This document shows positions 62,636-64,000 of a stretch of DNA of 64,000 nucleotides, one piece after another. Each line of letters opens with the position of its first letter. Position 1 is the stretch's first letter. The position numbers and the translations under genes were made by a program. The stretch lies in contig JANJGN010000011.1 in assembly GCA_026770705.1 (NCBI GenBank), positions 149,916,001 through 149,980,000 on the forward strand, written 5' to 3'. The DNA comes from Isurus oxyrinchus. Its lineage: Eukaryota. The notes beneath the pieces were generated by a model. That model was not told the DNA's origin. It made no database searches and was given only the letters and a program-made list of their open reading frames with translations.

Positions 62636-64000
62636 CATTAATTGTTTTTTTTAAATGAAATAATCTGAACACTGCAAATTAGCAGTAATTGGTATTGGAA
62701 AGTTCTCCTCAGTAATTATGCAGTATGAATGTGTACAAGATGATATAGAAAGCTGTCTCCCAGCAGTAAAGTTTAAAAAAATCATTGCAAAATGCATTTT
62801 CAAACATTTTATTTCTGCTTTTGTCCTATTTATGTGGAGGGATATAAAAGACTATTGTACCTTGGATAATGTTAGATGTGCAGAGTTATAAAACCCAGTC
62901 AGAGTTGATTAGATTTAAGTAGATTGAAAAAAGCAGACAGGAAGAGAAAAGCTGCTTTTGTCTGTAAGCTTTCATCACCTTGCCCCTTGTAATACTAGCT
63001 GTGATGCAATTCAGAATCAAAGTCTTGCTTCTGCACATGGCAACAGAAATCCAAATTCCTTCAAGAAGACAAGAGTGCCCCAAGGGGTGGAGGCATGCTA
63101 TTCCATTGAGAGTACACAGTGCAAAAGAGAATGGTACAGATCGACAATTTTCCTTCCTTAGATTAACTGAAAGTATTAATCCAAATACGTCTCCTGCAGT
63201 AGCTCACTGCTCCTGAATGAGCTACACGTTCCTGGCTCCCTCAGATTATAATTAAATATCAACAGTGCAATGTTCTGTCTCTGAAACTAAGGCAAGGAAT
63301 CCCCATCCGTCAGGATGTCTGATCTTTTCAGTTAGCTGATCTCAGCCCGAGGCACTACAAAAGGCCCGAGAGGCTCAGTGAGTGAGGTGAATAATCAGCC
63401 AGGTTTCCCACTTTGAATCTCAGACCTTCAAATTTGCCATCATTTTTGAACAACCCCTGGAGCTTTAATGTAGGCACACTAATCACAATACTTATTTTTC
63501 TGGTGTATAGTGCGTCAATAAGAGCAACTGTTTATGGTGGCTTAACAGCTTTGGTGACATAAAGAAAGCCCTCCTCAGTACCCAGAACTTGGCTGCAGCT
63601 CATACCTTTGGCATTGTGCTGAGTCTTTTGTTTTGGAGCATTTTCCTCATGTTATGAAGAGCTGTAATCAGTAATAAGTGATCCCATTAATAAAGCCTGC
63701 ATGTGCGGTTTAGAGAATTGGGGTTGCTGTGATGTCACATGCTGTCAAATAGCTGCCAGTATCCCACGTCTCGACTGTATGGTAAAGAAGGATAATTTAA
63801 ATGAAGTCGTAGAGGAACTATAACAGTGGAACTATACCTTAACGTAAGCCATTGGCATTGGGAGAGGAGGAGAGACTATTCTGGGAATGTAAGATCCAAC
63901 TTTGAAAAACAATAATTAGGATTTCTATATATAAAGGACATTAACTGTACTAACAATTCCGTTTTGCATATTTTTTTAAACTCATTGGCACCAGATTGGC

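Noticed and set aside
57921-64000. KLF12 downstream exons (SDSDDDD region, C2H2 zinc fingers)
   Set aside because: Not found by reading, so presumably beyond the window.

Overview
Vertebrate genomic DNA, most likely a cartilaginous fish (shark), inferred from its DeuSINE (SacSINE1-like), CR1/L2 LINE and Neptune-Penelope repeat content. The window lies inside a KLF12 (Kruppel-like factor 12) gene on the + strand. Two coding exons are recognisable: 5718-5816 (CSDSKDTFENIMLMLDGMPTARVKPELLESERG), which the ORF track misses, and 57380-57920, which carries the PVDLS CtBP-binding motif. They are separated by a ~51.6 kb phase-0 intron, and the zinc-finger exons lie outside the window. The introns are packed with decayed mobile elements: CR1 and L2 LINEs, tRNA and Deu SINEs, Harbinger-type TIR elements, and solo LTRs with 4-bp target-site duplications (TSDs). 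The most notable structure is a family of Penelope-like (RT + GIY-YIG) insertions with minimal hammerhead ribozymes that integrate as fold-back palindromes. These range from a 3.2 kb element with ~1.45 kb inverted arms and a perfect 16-bp TSD down to ~150-240 bp mini-palindromes, one with a 17-bp TSD. They share an asymmetric end pattern, breakpoints clustered on the ribozyme, and a recurrent CUGUUGA core variant. All family assignments come from recall of consensus features, not database searches, and repeat boundaries without a stated TSD or TIR are approximate.
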